Assembly: GCA_010093745.1 (NCBI GenBank) | Contig: MU006001.1 | Coordinates: 114,348-134,347 of the forward strand | Length of the DNA: 20,000 nucleotides | Source: Piedraia hortae CBS 480.64 | Lineage: Eukaryota | Direction: 5' to 3' | Part shown: one piece after another, positions 19,163 to 20,000 of the stretch | Layout: the number at the start of each line of letters is the position of its first letter | How positions within the stretch are numbered: position 1 is the stretch's first letter | Notes under the pieces: generated by a model | The model's database searches: none | What the model was told of the DNA's origin: nothing | The model's input: only the letters and a program-made list of their open reading frames with translations | Translations under genes and position numbers: made by a program

Positions 19163-20000
19163 TACTCCGATATAACACCACCCCTCGAATCACACTTCCC
19201 CCACTCCAGCTTCATGAGATCACACACCAGCCCATCCGACTCCACATGGAAGCACCAATGCAACGATAGCAATAAAGCCACAGTCTCGTACCACATCTCA
19301 TAAGCTTGTGAACCCTCTTTACCGCCCCAAGGGGCGGTATACGTGCCCGCTACAATTGGAACTCGAGGAACTCCTCATGCCACCAGCCTTGAGTGTTTCA
19401 ACAAGAGAAACTCCACCCGTGGCAAGGTATATTAAGGACTCACGTAAACGCCTGACGCTTGGACACCAGGAGAACGGTTGGCAATCGCATCTCTCAAAGT
19501 CCTGATGAAATTACGTCTAAACAATGCAGCAGGGAATGTAGAGGGGCTTGTGATGTTTGCATGAGAGACACTTCGCTCGTATCGCATAAGGCTCTTGGCT
19601 TTGGGGTCTCCCGTTGCATCTCATCATGTTCGCGTTCAAAAAATGGCCAGGGTTACGTAGCGGTTGTACCAGAGAAATAGACGTATTTCAGATACGGTGG
19701 AAAGAATGAGCAAAAAGACAGCGGCTGCTACATGCGGGCATTCATGTTGTGAAATTGCGTTTTTCCAGTGAACATGGTATTTTGGCGATTTATAATTCTA
19801 AACATACAACGCCCTTTCGAGGCCGCGGAAAAGATCGATATTTCGACAACGATCAATCATATAAGCCATGCCCAATGGAAATCACGCACCTGCATATGCT
19901 TACGACGTGATGTCGGCGAGTACGGCAAACCTTTCGCGATGAGGAAGCTGTTGGATTCAATGTTGTGAATATGCGGTATATTACGCGCATTATTAGTAAC

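Overview
Fungal genomic DNA, most likely a filamentous ascomycete (inferred from the protein families and from short GTRAGT...CTRAY...AG introns). It holds three intact, intronless housekeeping genes: PRP3 (-) and the RNA polymerase I largest subunit RPA190/RPA1 (+), head-to-head across 170 bp, and a NASP/Sim3/Hif1-type histone chaperone (-). The spacers are filled with decayed accessory sequence. Two diverged APH-like phosphotransferase paralogs lie in direct orientation near the two window ends. An internally deleted, intron-containing DDE transposase relic of the CACTA/Mirage/Chapaev-like type lies at ~10.8-12.7 kb, and there is a probable BTB pseudogene and a ~120-bp imperfect hairpin with an alternative pairing. 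The least expected signal is not in the ORF track: three, possibly four, dispersed relics of one small spliced Cys/His-rich gene. They share a C-x2-H-x3-C-x2-H-x3-YMK...C-x2-C-like pattern and a homologous phase-1 intron that aligns without gaps between copies. Family assignments come from motif recognition by eye; no database search was run.
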